A DNA stretch of 64,000 bases from Gammaproteobacteria bacterium (GCA_043744805.1 JAYTTZ010000113.1:8082-72081), one strand, 5' to 3'; shown: positions 46,633-55,767, counted from the first letter of the stretch. The notes: generated by a model from the sequence alone, not told the origin. Numbers and translations: made by a program.

Positions 46633-47154
46633 ATGACCCTCCACACCGACGGCGAGGATCTCGGGTGGGGCTTCGCGCCCCACCAGGAACTCGGCTACGC
46701 CTTTGGGGAGGTCGCCGCGGATCTCGAAAACAAGGTCATCAGCTTCACCGGCAGTGGCACGACCTTCATCGACAAGGAAGACCTCGGCGGTGGCGCGGTC
46801 ACGGCAAGGCTGTGGGCCGAGCACGTGCTGCCCGAGGCCAAGCGCCTGCTCACGAACCTCATGGAAATCCAGGCGCCGATGATTGCGGCCGTGAACGGGC
46901 CTGCAACGGTGCATGCGGAACTTGGCCTGCTCTGCGACATCGTCCTCGCCGCAGACCACGCCACCTGCCGCGCTGCGCCGCACTATCCGAGCGGTCTCGT
47001 GCCCGGTGACGGCGTGCCCGTGATCTGGCCGATGCTGCTGGGACTGAAGCGCGCGATGCTGGAACAACTGCCCTACGGGCTGGCGCTGGAAGGCCTGGCG
47101 GCGGCGGACTATTGGCCGAGCAGTTTCCCGGGGGAGAACTTCGCGCAGCGCTGA
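46633..47154 (+). CDS. Crotonase-fold protein, abnormally short (173 aa); possibly a truncated or decaying gene
   Basis: The core IAAVNGPATVHAELGLLCDIVLAA and GLVPGDGVPVIWPMLLG is crotonase-like. The about 20 aa N-terminal strand before LHTDG is missing. After LGLKRA the sequence stops looking crotonase-like, while another frame reads LLAEQFPGGELRAALRFA. Confidence 0.45.
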   Translation: MTLHTDGEDLGWGFAPHQELGYAFGEVAADLENKVISFTGSGTTFIDKEDLGGGAVTARLWAEHVLPEAKRLLTNLMEIQAPMIAAVNGPATVHAELGLLCDIVLAADHATCRAAPHYPSGLVPGDGVPVIWPMLLGLKRAMLEQLPYGLALEGLAAADYWPSSFPGENFAQR

Positions 47155-47164
47155 GGTTTGCAAT

Positions 47165-47193
47165 GCGCCCGCTGCCAAGCTTGCGGCGGGCGC
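47165..47193. terminator. GC-rich hairpin between convergent genes (possible bidirectional terminator)
   Basis: GCGCCCGCTGC - CAAGCTT - GCGGCGGGCGC. This is an 11-bp stem with one G-U pair. No clear U-tract on either strand. Confidence 0.35.
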
Positions 47194-47203
47194 AAATCCT
47201 CGC

Positions 47204-47620
47204 TTAGTCCACCAGCCTGAACATCGGCAAGCGCTGCCCGTTCGGGTGTGCGACGAAGCTCACCGCCACGACGGCGCCAATGGTCACTTCGCTTGCGGTC
47301 GCGCCGACGAGGTTGCTGATCATCTTGAGTTGCGCCTGCTCGTCGAGCTCAACTTCCACCACCACGTACGGTACCTTCGCCATCGCCGCCGGGTGCACGG
47401 GATGGGTAATTTCCGTCCAGGTGTGGATGCGCCCACGACCCGAGAGCAGGGCCCACTCATGCGCTTGCGACTGGCAGTCGAGGCAGAGCGGCGCCGGCAC
47501 CCAGCGCAGGCGCGCGCAGGCCAGGCAGCGCTGCACGCGGAGTTCACCGCGGTTGGCGGCGTCCCAGAAAGGCTCGGCGCCGAACTCGGGGATTGGGTAG
47601 GGGAATGCGGCAGTACTCAT
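47204..47620 (-). CDS. Zn-ribbon/OB-fold DUF35-family protein (thiolase partner)
   Basis: CLACARLRW.P...C.DC rubredoxin-like knuckle followed by an OB-fold region. Its start overlaps the thiolase stop by 4 nt. Confidence 0.8.
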   Translation of the reverse strand: MSTAAFPYPIPEFGAEPFWDAANRGELRVQRCLACARLRWVPAPLCLDCQSQAHEWALLSGRGRIHTWTEITHPVHPAAMAKVPYVVVEVELDEQAQLKMISNLVGATASEVTIGAVVAVSFVAHPNGQRLPMFRLVD

Positions 47621-48786
47621 GGCGCGCGCCTCAGGATCATTGCGGAAGTGGGAACGGCGTTGCCGGCTGAAACAAACGCATGCCTGGCGTCCTTCACCTG
47701 GCAGCCAGCCGTGCCGCGCAGTTGGCGCACGGCTTCGATGGTGTTCTGCATGCCGTGCATGTAGCCCTCGGAAAGGTTGCCGCCGCTGGTGTTCATCGGC
47801 AGATCGCCGTCGGGCCAGCGCAGGCGCCCACCGCTGACGAAATCCTTGCCCTCGCCACGCTTGCAGAAGCCAAAGTCCTCGATGGCCATCAGCACCAGGG
47901 GCGTGAAGTGGTCGTAGATGAACAGCACGTCGATGTCCGCATGCGTGATGCCGGCGTCGCTGAACACGTGCTTGGCAATGACCGTGGACTCGGTGTGCGC
48001 GAGGTCGAGATCCTTCACCATGAAGCGATGGTTCCAGTGCCCGGCGCCAAACCCGATGCCGGCGATGAGCACGGGCGGCTGCCGGAGGTCCTTCGCGCGA
48101 TCGGCCGTAGTGATGACCACCGCCGCGCCCCCGTCGGTTTCAAGGCAGCAGTCGAGCAGTCGGAGCGGCGAGGCAATCATCCGCGAGGCCTGGTGGTCGT
48201 CGAGGCTCATCGGGCGGCCATGCATCATCGCGTTGGGGTTCAGGTTGGCGTGGTGACGGCAGGTCACGGCAATCTCGCCGAAGTGCCGTGATTGCGTGCC
48301 GTAGAGATGCATGTGGCGGCGTGTCGCGAGTGCCACCATCTGGGCCGGGCTGAAGAGTCCATAAGGCGACAGGTAGCCGCTCACGCCGCGCGCGCCTTCC
48401 GCCGCGGACGCCTGGCCGAAGCGCGGTGTACCGCGACCGGAACGCTCGTTCATCGCACGGAAGGCCACCACCGCCTTGGCCTGGCCCGTGGCCACCGCCA
48501 TGGCGGCCATGAGGATCGTGCCCACCGGGCCACCGCCGCCGCCGTAGTTCACTTCGCCGGCGAAGCGCAGTTCGGGGATGCCGAGGTTGCGCGCGATGTC
48601 CACCGGATCGTTGTTGTCCATCGTGTACTTGGTGATGCCGTCGATGTCGGACGGCTTCAGGCCCGCCTCGGCAATCGCGGCGCCGATCGCTTCGCAGGCG
48701 AGGGTGAGTTCACTGCGACCGGAGTCGCGCGAATACTCGGTATGACCCACGCCGACGATGGCGGTCTTGTCTCGTAGCAATGACAT
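47617..48786 (-). CDS. Thiolase-fold protein, SCP-x/lipid-transfer type
   Basis: Internal ATG at 48784-48786 (MSLLRDKTAIVGVGHTEYSR...). Thiolase C-terminal motifs NTSGGNLSEGYMHGM. Paired with a DUF35 gene, as is typical. Confidence 0.85.
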   Translation of the reverse strand: MSLLRDKTAIVGVGHTEYSRDSGRSELTLACEAIGAAIAEAGLKPSDIDGITKYTMDNNDPVDIARNLGIPELRFAGEVNYGGGGGPVGTILMAAMAVATGQAKAVVAFRAMNERSGRGTPRFGQASAAEGARGVSGYLSPYGLFSPAQMVALATRRHMHLYGTQSRHFGEIAVTCRHHANLNPNAMMHGRPMSLDDHQASRMIASPLRLLDCCLETDGGAAVVITTADRAKDLRQPPVLIAGIGFGAGHWNHRFMVKDLDLAHTESTVIAKHVFSDAGITHADIDVLFIYDHFTPLVLMAIEDFGFCKRGEGKDFVSGGRLRWPDGDLPMNTSGGNLSEGYMHGMQNTIEAVRQLRGTAGCQVKDARHAFVSAGNAVPTSAMILRRAP

Positions 48787-48941
48787 GGTGTTACTCAGGG
48801 GTTGTGCTGGGCGCGGCTGGATTTTTCGGGTCAGGTTCTCTTGCCAGATGGAGGGGGACAGCGTCAATCGAGCCCAGGGTTACGGTTGGATGTGTCGGTC
48901 TCTCCGCTGAGGTCCTGCCTAATCCGGCGGTGAGGGTCGGC

Positions 48942-49823
48942 TCAAGCTTGCAGCAGGTCCTTCGCCAGGGTGTCGAGTTCGCGGCAAAGGTCGTCCGCGG
49001 TGCGGCCTTTGAGCCACAGCGTGACGTGGCCGGCGCCTGCTGCGGCGAGGGTGTCCAGATCGGCACGCTTGCGCCACTGGCCTTCCGCGCCCAGCACCGT
49101 CACGCGTATCGACTTCGGATCCCGACCGACCTCGTCGCATAGTCGCACCAACTGCCGCAGGCCGTCTTCCAGTTGCGAGGGTGCGCGGATGACCGGCAGC
49201 CAGCCGTCGCCCCAGGCGACGATGCGCTGGAACACGCGCTTGGCCCACTGGTCGCCAAACATGATGCCGCCGAGATACACCGGCGGATGCGGCTGCTGGA
49301 CCGGCTTGGGATAGCAGCGCACGGGCGGGAAGTTGTAGTAGCGGCCTGCGTGGCCTGCGGACTCCTGCGTCCAGGCGTCCTTCATGACGGCGATGGCTTC
49401 CTTTACCTGCGACCAGCGGTGGTCGAAGTCGCCGCCCATGAGTTCGCACTCCTCGCGATTCCAGCCCGCGCCGATGCCGAAATGGAAACGTCCCTTGCTG
49501 AACGCATCGAGGGAGGCGATCTCCTTGGCGAGGTGCAGCGGATGCCGCTCAGGGACCAGCAACACGGCAGTGCCCACTTCCAGGCTGGTCGTGGCCGTGG
49601 CGGCACGCATGAGGGCGATGAGCGGATCCGGCATTTGCCACAGATAGTCGGGATCTGGTCCCGTGCCCACGTTGCCGGGGTAAGGCTCGCTGTAGGTCAC
49701 CGGCATCACCACGTGGTCGGGCACCCAGTACGACGAAAAGCCAAGATCCTCTGCGTGCCGCGCCACGATGGCGGGATCGGCGATCAGATCGGGAAGGATT
49801 GAAAAGACGCCTACTTTGACCAT
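48942..49823 (-). CDS. Luciferase-like monooxygenase (LLM) class oxidoreductase, F420/flavin-dependent type
   Basis: AEDLGFSSYWVPDHVVMP, GIGAGWNREE and HPPVYLGG resemble the LLM class F420-dependent family. The cofactor cannot be assigned from sequence. Confidence 0.75.
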   Translation of the reverse strand: MVKVGVFSILPDLIADPAIVARHAEDLGFSSYWVPDHVVMPVTYSEPYPGNVGTGPDPDYLWQMPDPLIALMRAATATTSLEVGTAVLLVPERHPLHLAKEIASLDAFSKGRFHFGIGAGWNREECELMGGDFDHRWSQVKEAIAVMKDAWTQESAGHAGRYYNFPPVRCYPKPVQQPHPPVYLGGIMFGDQWAKRVFQRIVAWGDGWLPVIRAPSQLEDGLRQLVRLCDEVGRDPKSIRVTVLGAEGQWRKRADLDTLAAAGAGHVTLWLKGRTADDLCRELDTLAKDLLQA

Positions 49824-49849
49824 GTTGGGTTTCCTTGCGGTGGGTGGCT

Positions 49850-50087
49850 TCAGTTGCCCTGTGCGCGACCGCGAGCGATGACGGCCTGGCGGCGTGCTTC
49901 GATGGCGGCCGGATCAAGCGCGGCGTTGTGCGCCTGGGCCACTTTCGCTTCCAGCGCCATGGCCGCGCCGAAGGGCAGGGCGTGGCCGTCGTCCAGCAGT
50001 TGCTTGTAGGAGAGCAGCAGGCCGGGCTCCAGGCCCAGCATGCGCGAGGCCGTGGTCGCGTTCGAGGGTGATCAGGTCGTAGGCCAT
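49850..50087 (-). pseudogene. Internally deleted enoyl-CoA hydratase remnant
   Basis: ATG at 50085-50087 after GGAGA encodes the crotonase-like N-terminus MAYDLITLERDHGLA. After about 15 codons the protein-like signal continues in a different frame as the C-terminal tail ...RMLGLEPGLLLSYKQLLDDGHALPFGAAMALEAKVAQAHN...RRQAVIARGRAQGN. The whole remnant is only 238 nt. Confidence 0.5.
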
Positions 50088-50174
50088 GCACGATCTCCGG
50101 GAGGCACGGTGGACCGCCGCATGATGCCACGAGGACACAGGTAAACTCTGTCCTGGAACTCGTCCAGGAACGCC

Positions 50175-50969
50175 ATGCGCATCAATCCCGATCCCGACGG
50201 CGAACGCCGTGACGAAGCCCTGCGGCGACTGGGCCGGGCGCCGCCGCCCGAGGCGGACGAGGATTTCGATGACGACGATTTGCTGGAGCCCACGCCGAGG
50301 CGTGCCCGATCGTGGCGGCGATTCTTCCTCTGGCTGCTGTTGCTCTGGCTGGCGTTGACCCTGGGCCCCGTGCTGGTTTGGCGCAGCCTCGACCCACCCC
50401 TGAGCGCCTTCATGCTCCATGACTGGGTGAAGGCCTTGCTGGCGCACCGCGCTAACTTCACCGTGAAACACCGGCACGTGCCCCTGGCCCAAATCGCACT
50501 GCCCATGCGGGCCGCCGTAGTGGCGGCCGAAGACCAGCGCTTCCTCACGCACCACGGCTTCGACTTCCGCGCCATTCAGGCGGCGCTCAACGAGGCCAGG
50601 CGCAGCGGCGAGGTATCGCGAGGCGGCAGCACGCTCACCCAGCAGCTTGCCAAGAACCTCTTCCTCTGGTCAGACCGCCAGTGGCTGCGCAAGGGACTCG
50701 AAGCCTGGTACACGCTGCTGCTCGAGGCGACATGGACCAAACCGCGCATCCTCGAGGTCTATCTCAACGTGGTGCAGTTCGGCGACGGGATCTACGGCGT
50801 CGAGGCCGCCAGCCGTACGTTTTTCGGGCATCCGGCGGCGAGTTTGAGCTCGCCCGAAGCCGCATTGCTCGCGGCCGTGCTGCCCAATCCGCTGGTCTAC
50901 AAGGTAGAGGCGCCGACGGCTTACGTGCGCGCCCGGCAGCGCTGGATCCTGGGGCAGATGGGGCAGTAG
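50175..50969 (+). CDS. mtgA: Monofunctional biosynthetic peptidoglycan transglycosylase
   Basis: GT51 motifs AVVAAEDQRFLTHHGFD, GGSTLTQQLAKNLFL and RILEVYLNVVQFG. N-terminal TM anchor. Confidence 0.85.
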   Translation: MRINPDPDGERRDEALRRLGRAPPPEADEDFDDDDLLEPTPRRARSWRRFFLWLLLLWLALTLGPVLVWRSLDPPLSAFMLHDWVKALLAHRANFTVKHRHVPLAQIALPMRAAVVAAEDQRFLTHHGFDFRAIQAALNEARRSGEVSRGGSTLTQQLAKNLFLWSDRQWLRKGLEAWYTLLLEATWTKPRILEVYLNVVQFGDGIYGVEAASRTFFGHPAASLSSPEAALLAAVLPNPLVYKVEAPTAYVRARQRWILGQMGQ

Positions 50970-51009
50970 CGGGACACGGTTGCCGTGGGCGCGGGGCCGG
51001 GCGGGAAGC

Positions 51010-51043
51010 CCTGCCACCGCCCGGGACTGGACGGTGGCAGGGA
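51010..51043. terminator. Hairpin between convergent mtgA and korB (possible terminator)
   Basis: CCCTGCCACC - 14 nt - GGTGGCAGGG, a perfect 10-bp stem. No U-tract. Confidence 0.3.
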
Positions 51044-51048
51044 AGGGC

Positions 51049-52104
51049 TCAGCGCAGGCTGGCGTTCAACTTGGCGAGCTGGTCGGCGCCAGGGCACAGT
51101 TCCGCTTCGCCCAGCTTGTTGAAGGCGGTCTTCACCGTGTTGAGGTTGCGGTGGAGTTCTTCGGCATCCGGATCCACATAGAGCAGGCCCGTCACGACTT
51201 CGCCGCGCGCCTGGTGTTCCTGGATGTAGTTCATCGCCGCAATCTTGTTGGTGGCATCGTAGGTGGTGTCGACCTTGTGCAGGCGCAGCCAGGTGCCGTC
51301 GTGCTGCTGCACATTGACCGTGGTGCCGGCGTCGTAGTCGGTGGTGAGCTCATCGCGACTTTCGATGATGTCCAGGAAATTGACCGCTTCGTTGTGGGCG
51401 CGCACGTAGTCGTAGCTCTTGGTGCTGCCTGAGTGGTTGTTGAACGCCACGCAGGGGCTCACCACGTCGATGAAGGCGGCGCCCCGGTGGTTGATGGCCG
51501 CCTTGATGAGCGGCACCAGCTGGCGCTTGTCGCCCGAGAAGCTGCGACCCACGAAGCTCGCCCCCATCAGCAGCGCCAGGGAGGCGGTGTCGATGGGGGA
51601 ATCACTGTTGGCGAGGCCTTTCTTGGACGCGGAACCCTTGTCTGCCGTCGCCGAGAACTGGCCCTTGGTAAGGCCATACACGCCGTTGTTTTCGAGGATG
51701 TAGACCATGTTCACCGCACGCCGCATGGCGTGGGCGAACTGACCGAGGCCAATCGAGGCCGAGTCGCCGTCGCCGGACACGCCAAGGTAAAGCAGTTCTC
51801 GGTTGGCGAGGTTGGCGCCGGTCAGCACGGACGGCATGCGGCCGTGCACGGTGTTGAAGCCGTGCGAGTTGCCGAGGAAGTAGTCCGGAGTCTTGGACGA
51901 ACAACCGATGCCGGACAGCTTGGCCACCCGGTGCGGTTCGATGTTCATTTCCCAGCAGGCCTGGATGATCGCGGCGGAAATCGAATCGTGGCCGCAGCCA
52001 GCGCACAAGGTCGAGATCCGGCCTTCGTAGTCGCGGCGGGTGAAGCCCACCGCGTTGGTCTGCAGGGCCGGATGGTGCATTTTGGGTTTGGCGATATAGG
52101 TCAT
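51049..52104 (-). CDS. korB: 2-oxoacid:ferredoxin oxidoreductase beta subunit (TPP-binding)
   Basis: STLCAGCGHDS, GIGCSS and GDGDSASIGLGQF (the TPP motif). It starts 1 nt after the korA stop. Confidence 0.9.
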   Translation of the reverse strand: MTYIAKPKMHHPALQTNAVGFTRRDYEGRISTLCAGCGHDSISAAIIQACWEMNIEPHRVAKLSGIGCSSKTPDYFLGNSHGFNTVHGRMPSVLTGANLANRELLYLGVSGDGDSASIGLGQFAHAMRRAVNMVYILENNGVYGLTKGQFSATADKGSASKKGLANSDSPIDTASLALLMGASFVGRSFSGDKRQLVPLIKAAINHRGAAFIDVVSPCVAFNNHSGSTKSYDYVRAHNEAVNFLDIIESRDELTTDYDAGTTVNVQQHDGTWLRLHKVDTTYDATNKIAAMNYIQEHQARGEVVTGLLYVDPDAEELHRNLNTVKTAFNKLGEAELCPGADQLAKLNASLR

Positions 52105-52105
52105 C

Positions 52106-53944
52106 TCAGGCCACCTTGTCCTGGAGGGTCTGCGCGGCGAGTGCGCGGGTCAGCGAAGAGACTTCGCGGGTGATGAAGCGCGCCGTGATGGGCGTGCCGT
52201 CGTAGTGGAGCACTGGCAGCACGCGAGCCGGGTCGACGCCAAGTTCGTTGACCAGGAGGGTGCGTACCTGGCCGTCGCGGTTCTGTTCCACCACGAATAC
52301 CTGGTCGTGTTCGGCGATAAAATCCGCCACCACGTCGCTGAACGGGAAGGCCTGGAGTCGCAAGGTATCCACCGCCACGCCAGAGGCTTCCAGCGCTTCG
52401 AAGGCTTCGGCCATCGCCGGGCTCGTGGACCCGTAATAGATGACGCCGTAGCGCGTTGGCTTGCCGGACTTCCGGACCACCGGCTGCGGCACGAGGTTCT
52501 TGGCCGTGTCGAACTTACGCAACAGGCGTTGCACGTTGTAGAGGTAGTCGGGACCGGACTCGGAGTAATTGGCGTAGGCGTTCTTGGTGGTGCCGCGCGT
52601 GAAGTAGCCGCCTTTTTCCGGGTGCGTGCCGGGGTAGGTGCGGAAAGGAATGCCGTCACCGTCCACGTCGAGGTAGCGGCCGAACTCCTTGCCGGAATCG
52701 AGCATCTCGGCGGTCATCACCTTGCCGCGATCATAGCGGCGGGCGTCGTCCCACACGAACGGCGCCGTGAGGCGCTGGTTCATGCCAATGTCCAGATCAG
52801 TCATCACGAACACCGGGGTCTGGAGGCGGTCGGCCAGATCAAGTGCGGCCGCCGCGTGCAGGAAGCACTCGTGTGGATCTTCCGGGAAGAGCAGCACGTG
52901 CTTGGTGTCACCGTGCGACGCATAGGCACAGGCGAGGACGTCGGCCTGCTGCGTGCGGGTGGGCATGCCGGTGGACGGGCCACCGCGCTGGACGTTGATG
53001 ATGGTCATCGGGATTTCGGCGAAGTAGGCGAGTCCGATGAATTCACCCATCAGCGAGACACCCGGACCGGAGGTGGTGGTGAAGGCGCGGGCGCCGTTCC
53101 AGCCAGCGCCAATCACAATGCCGATCGAGGCGAGTTCGTCTTCGGCCTGGATGATGGCGTAGCTGCGTTCACCGGTTGCCGGATCTTCACGGTACTTCGT
53201 GCAGTACTTCTGGAAGGCTTCGGCCAGCGAGGATGACGGCGTGATCGGGTACCAGGCGCATACCGAGGCTCCGCCGTACACGCACCCGAGGCCGGCAGCG
53301 GTGTTGCCGTCGACGAAAATCTTGTCACCCACGTTGTCGGCTTTCTGCACGCGCACGCCAAGCGGGTGCGGCAGGTTCTCGATCACCCATTCGCGACCCA
53401 TCTTGAGCGCGTTCAGGTTGGGGGCGAGGAGTTTTTCCTTGCCCTTGTACTGCTCGGCGATGAGGGTCGCGAGCGTGTCGGCATCCATGTCGAGCAGCGC
53501 CGACAGCGCGCCCACGTAGATGATGTTCTTGAACAACTGGCGTTGGCGCGGGTCGCTGTAGGTGGCGTTGCACAGCTCGGTCAGCGGGATGCCGATGACG
53601 TTGATGTCGGTGCGGAATTTAGACGGCGGCAGCGGCTTGGAGTTGTCGTAGAAGAGGTACCCGCCCGGCTCGATTTCCTTGAGATCGGCATCCCAGGTCT
53701 GCGGGTTCATGGCCACCAACATATCGACGCCACCGCGGCGACCCAGCCAGCCGCGCTCGTTCACGCGCACTTCGTACCAGGTGGGCAGGCCCTGGATGTT
53801 GGACGGGAAGATGTTGCGCGGGCTGACCGGCACGCCCATGCGCAGGATGGCCTTGGCGAACAGTTCGTTCGCCGAGGCCGAGCCCGAGCCGTTGATATTC
53901 GCGAACTTGATGACGAAGTCGTTTACGGCAGTAATGGCGCTCAT
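52106..53944 (-). CDS. korA: 2-oxoacid:ferredoxin oxidoreductase alpha subunit
   Basis: ATG at 53942-53944 (MSAITAVNDFVIKFANINGSGSASANELF...). GASVCAWYPITPSS and QAEDELASIG. The upstream 247 codons of the track ORF are rejected. Confidence 0.9.
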   Translation of the reverse strand: MSAITAVNDFVIKFANINGSGSASANELFAKAILRMGVPVSPRNIFPSNIQGLPTWYEVRVNERGWLGRRGGVDMLVAMNPQTWDADLKEIEPGGYLFYDNSKPLPPSKFRTDINVIGIPLTELCNATYSDPRQRQLFKNIIYVGALSALLDMDADTLATLIAEQYKGKEKLLAPNLNALKMGREWVIENLPHPLGVRVQKADNVGDKIFVDGNTAAGLGCVYGGASVCAWYPITPSSSLAEAFQKYCTKYREDPATGERSYAIIQAEDELASIGIVIGAGWNGARAFTTTSGPGVSLMGEFIGLAYFAEIPMTIINVQRGGPSTGMPTRTQQADVLACAYASHGDTKHVLLFPEDPHECFLHAAAALDLADRLQTPVFVMTDLDIGMNQRLTAPFVWDDARRYDRGKVMTAEMLDSGKEFGRYLDVDGDGIPFRTYPGTHPEKGGYFTRGTTKNAYANYSESGPDYLYNVQRLLRKFDTAKNLVPQPVVRKSGKPTRYGVIYYGSTSPAMAEAFEALEASGVAVDTLRLQAFPFSDVVADFIAEHDQVFVVEQNRDGQVRTLLVNELGVDPARVLPVLHYDGTPITARFITREVSSLTRALAAQTLQDKVA

Positions 53945-55767
53945 GCGGCCTTCCTCGCAGTTTGTCGGGGTGCACAGCCATCGCTGGCGTGCGCGATTTC
54001 CAGCAGGAACTTCTGCATGTCCCACGCCCCGGTCGGGCACCGCTCGGCGCACAGCCCGCAGTGCAGGCAGACGTCCTCGTCCTTCGCCATGATGCGGCCG
54101 GTCTTGAGCGGCACGGACACGTAGAGATCCTGCGTGAGGTTCTCGGCGGGCGCCATCAGGCGCTTGCGGACATCCGGCTCCTCGCCGTCTTCCGTGAAGC
54201 TGATGCAATCCATGGGGCAGATGTCCACGCAGGCATCGCATTCGATGCAGAGCGGCGGGGCGAACACGGTCTGGATGTCGCAGTTCAGGCAGCGTTGGGC
54301 TTCTTCGAACGCCGTCTTGGCGTCGAACCCGAGTTCCACTTCGATCTTGATGCTCTTCAGGGCGATTTCGGCCTTGGTCCAGGGCACCACGTGGCGGAGT
54401 TCGCGGGAGATGTCGTTGTCGTAGCTCCACTCGTGGATGCCCATCTTCTGCGAGATGAGGTTCACGTGTGGGGCAGGGCGGTCGGCAAGGTCCTGCTGGC
54501 TGGCGAAGCGATCGATGGAGATGGCCGCTTCGTGGCCGTGGGCCACCGCCCAGATGATGTTCTTGGGACCAAAGGCGGCGTCGCCGCCGAAGAACACCTG
54601 CGGCAAGGTGGACTGGTGGGTCTTCTCGTCCAGCACGGGCAGGCCCCATTGGTCGAATTCGAGGCCGAGGCCGTGCTCGATCCACGGGAAGGAGTTTTCC
54701 TGGCCGATGGCCACCAGGACATCGTCACAGGGCACTAATTCGTCCGGTTCGCCGGTCGGGACCAGGCTGCGGCGGCCGCGTTCGTCGAACACGGCCTTGA
54801 CCTTCTCGAAGGTCATGCCGGTGAGCTTGCCGTTGTCGTGTACGAAGGTCTTCGGCACGTAGTCATTGAGGAACGGGATGCCTTCGTGCATCGCGTCTTC
54901 CTTTTCCCACGGCGAGGCCTTCATCTCGTCAAAGCCGGAACGCACGATGACCTTGACGTCTTCGCCACCCAGGCGCTTCGAGGACCGGCAGCAGTCCATC
55001 GCGGTATTGCCGCCGCCGAGCACTATCACGCGCTGGCCGATTTTCTCGATGTGGCCAAAGGAGACCGAAGACAGCCAGTCGATGCCGATGTGGATGTTGG
55101 CGGCCGCTTCCTGCCGGCCGGGGATTTCGATGTCGCGGCCGCGCGGTGCGCCGCTGCCGATGAAAATGGCGTCGTAACCGCCGGTCAAGAGTTCACGCAG
55201 GGAGTCGATGCGCTCCCCGCCGCGGAATTCCACCCCCATATCGAGGATGTAGCCGGTTTCTTCGTCGATGACGGATTCCGGCAGGCGGAATCGCGGCACC
55301 TGCGTGCGCATGAAGCCGCCCGCCTTGGGGTCGCCATCGAACACCGTGACCGCGTAGCCCAGCGGGGCGAGATCGCGCGCCACAGTGAGCGAGGCGGGGC
55401 CCGCGCCGACACAGGCGATGCGCTTGCCGTTGCGCTGCGCGGGCGCGGTGGGCATGCGCTTGGAGATGTCACCCTTGTGGTCCGCGGCAACGCGCTTCAG
55501 GCGGCAGATTGCCACCGGCTCCGGCTTATCCGCGTTGTGATCTTCCACCCGACCCCGGCGACAGGCGGGCTCGCAGGGGCGGTCGCACGTACGGCCAAGG
55601 ATGCCGGGGAAGACATTCGACTCCCAGTTGACCATGTACGCATCGGCGTAACGGCCATCGCTGATCAGGCGGATGTATTCGGGAACGGGGGTATGGGCCG
55701 GGCAGGCCCACTGGCAGTCGACAACCTTGTGGAAGTAGTCGGGATTTTGGGTATCAGTAGCGCGCAA
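53941..55767 (-). CDS. GltD-like NAD(P)H-flavin oxidoreductase fused to a 2x[4Fe-4S] ferredoxin domain (KorC-like third subunit)
   Basis: TTG start. N-terminal Fe-S region (CQWACPAHTPVPEY, CDRPCEPAC). FAD/NAD(P) folds (IACVGAGPASL, VIVLGGGNTAMDC). C-terminal CLNCD...CIECDACVDICP and CLHCGLCAERCP. Its stop overlaps the korA ATG (ATGA). Confidence 0.8.
   Translation of the reverse strand: MRATDTQNPDYFHKVVDCQWACPAHTPVPEYIRLISDGRYADAYMVNWESNVFPGILGRTCDRPCEPACRRGRVEDHNADKPEPVAICRLKRVAADHKGDISKRMPTAPAQRNGKRIACVGAGPASLTVARDLAPLGYAVTVFDGDPKAGGFMRTQVPRFRLPESVIDEETGYILDMGVEFRGGERIDSLRELLTGGYDAIFIGSGAPRGRDIEIPGRQEAAANIHIGIDWLSSVSFGHIEKIGQRVIVLGGGNTAMDCCRSSKRLGGEDVKVIVRSGFDEMKASPWEKEDAMHEGIPFLNDYVPKTFVHDNGKLTGMTFEKVKAVFDERGRRSLVPTGEPDELVPCDDVLVAIGQENSFPWIEHGLGLEFDQWGLPVLDEKTHQSTLPQVFFGGDAAFGPKNIIWAVAHGHEAAISIDRFASQQDLADRPAPHVNLISQKMGIHEWSYDNDISRELRHVVPWTKAEIALKSIKIEVELGFDAKTAFEEAQRCLNCDIQTVFAPPLCIECDACVDICPMDCISFTEDGEEPDVRKRLMAPAENLTQDLYVSVPLKTGRIMAKDEDVCLHCGLCAERCPTGAWDMQKFLLEIAHASDGCAPRQTARKAA

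Noticed and set aside
52106-54685. 5' extensions of track ORFs that would make giant or oddly extended proteins. Examples: 859-aa korA, 780-aa AOR, 536-aa Rieske, 669-aa PP2C, 532-aa HdrD-like, 471-aa antiporter.
   Set aside because: The extended parts overlap the upstream gene or are Arg/Pro-rich nonsense. In each case an internal ATG with an RBS coincides with the start of family-typical sequence.
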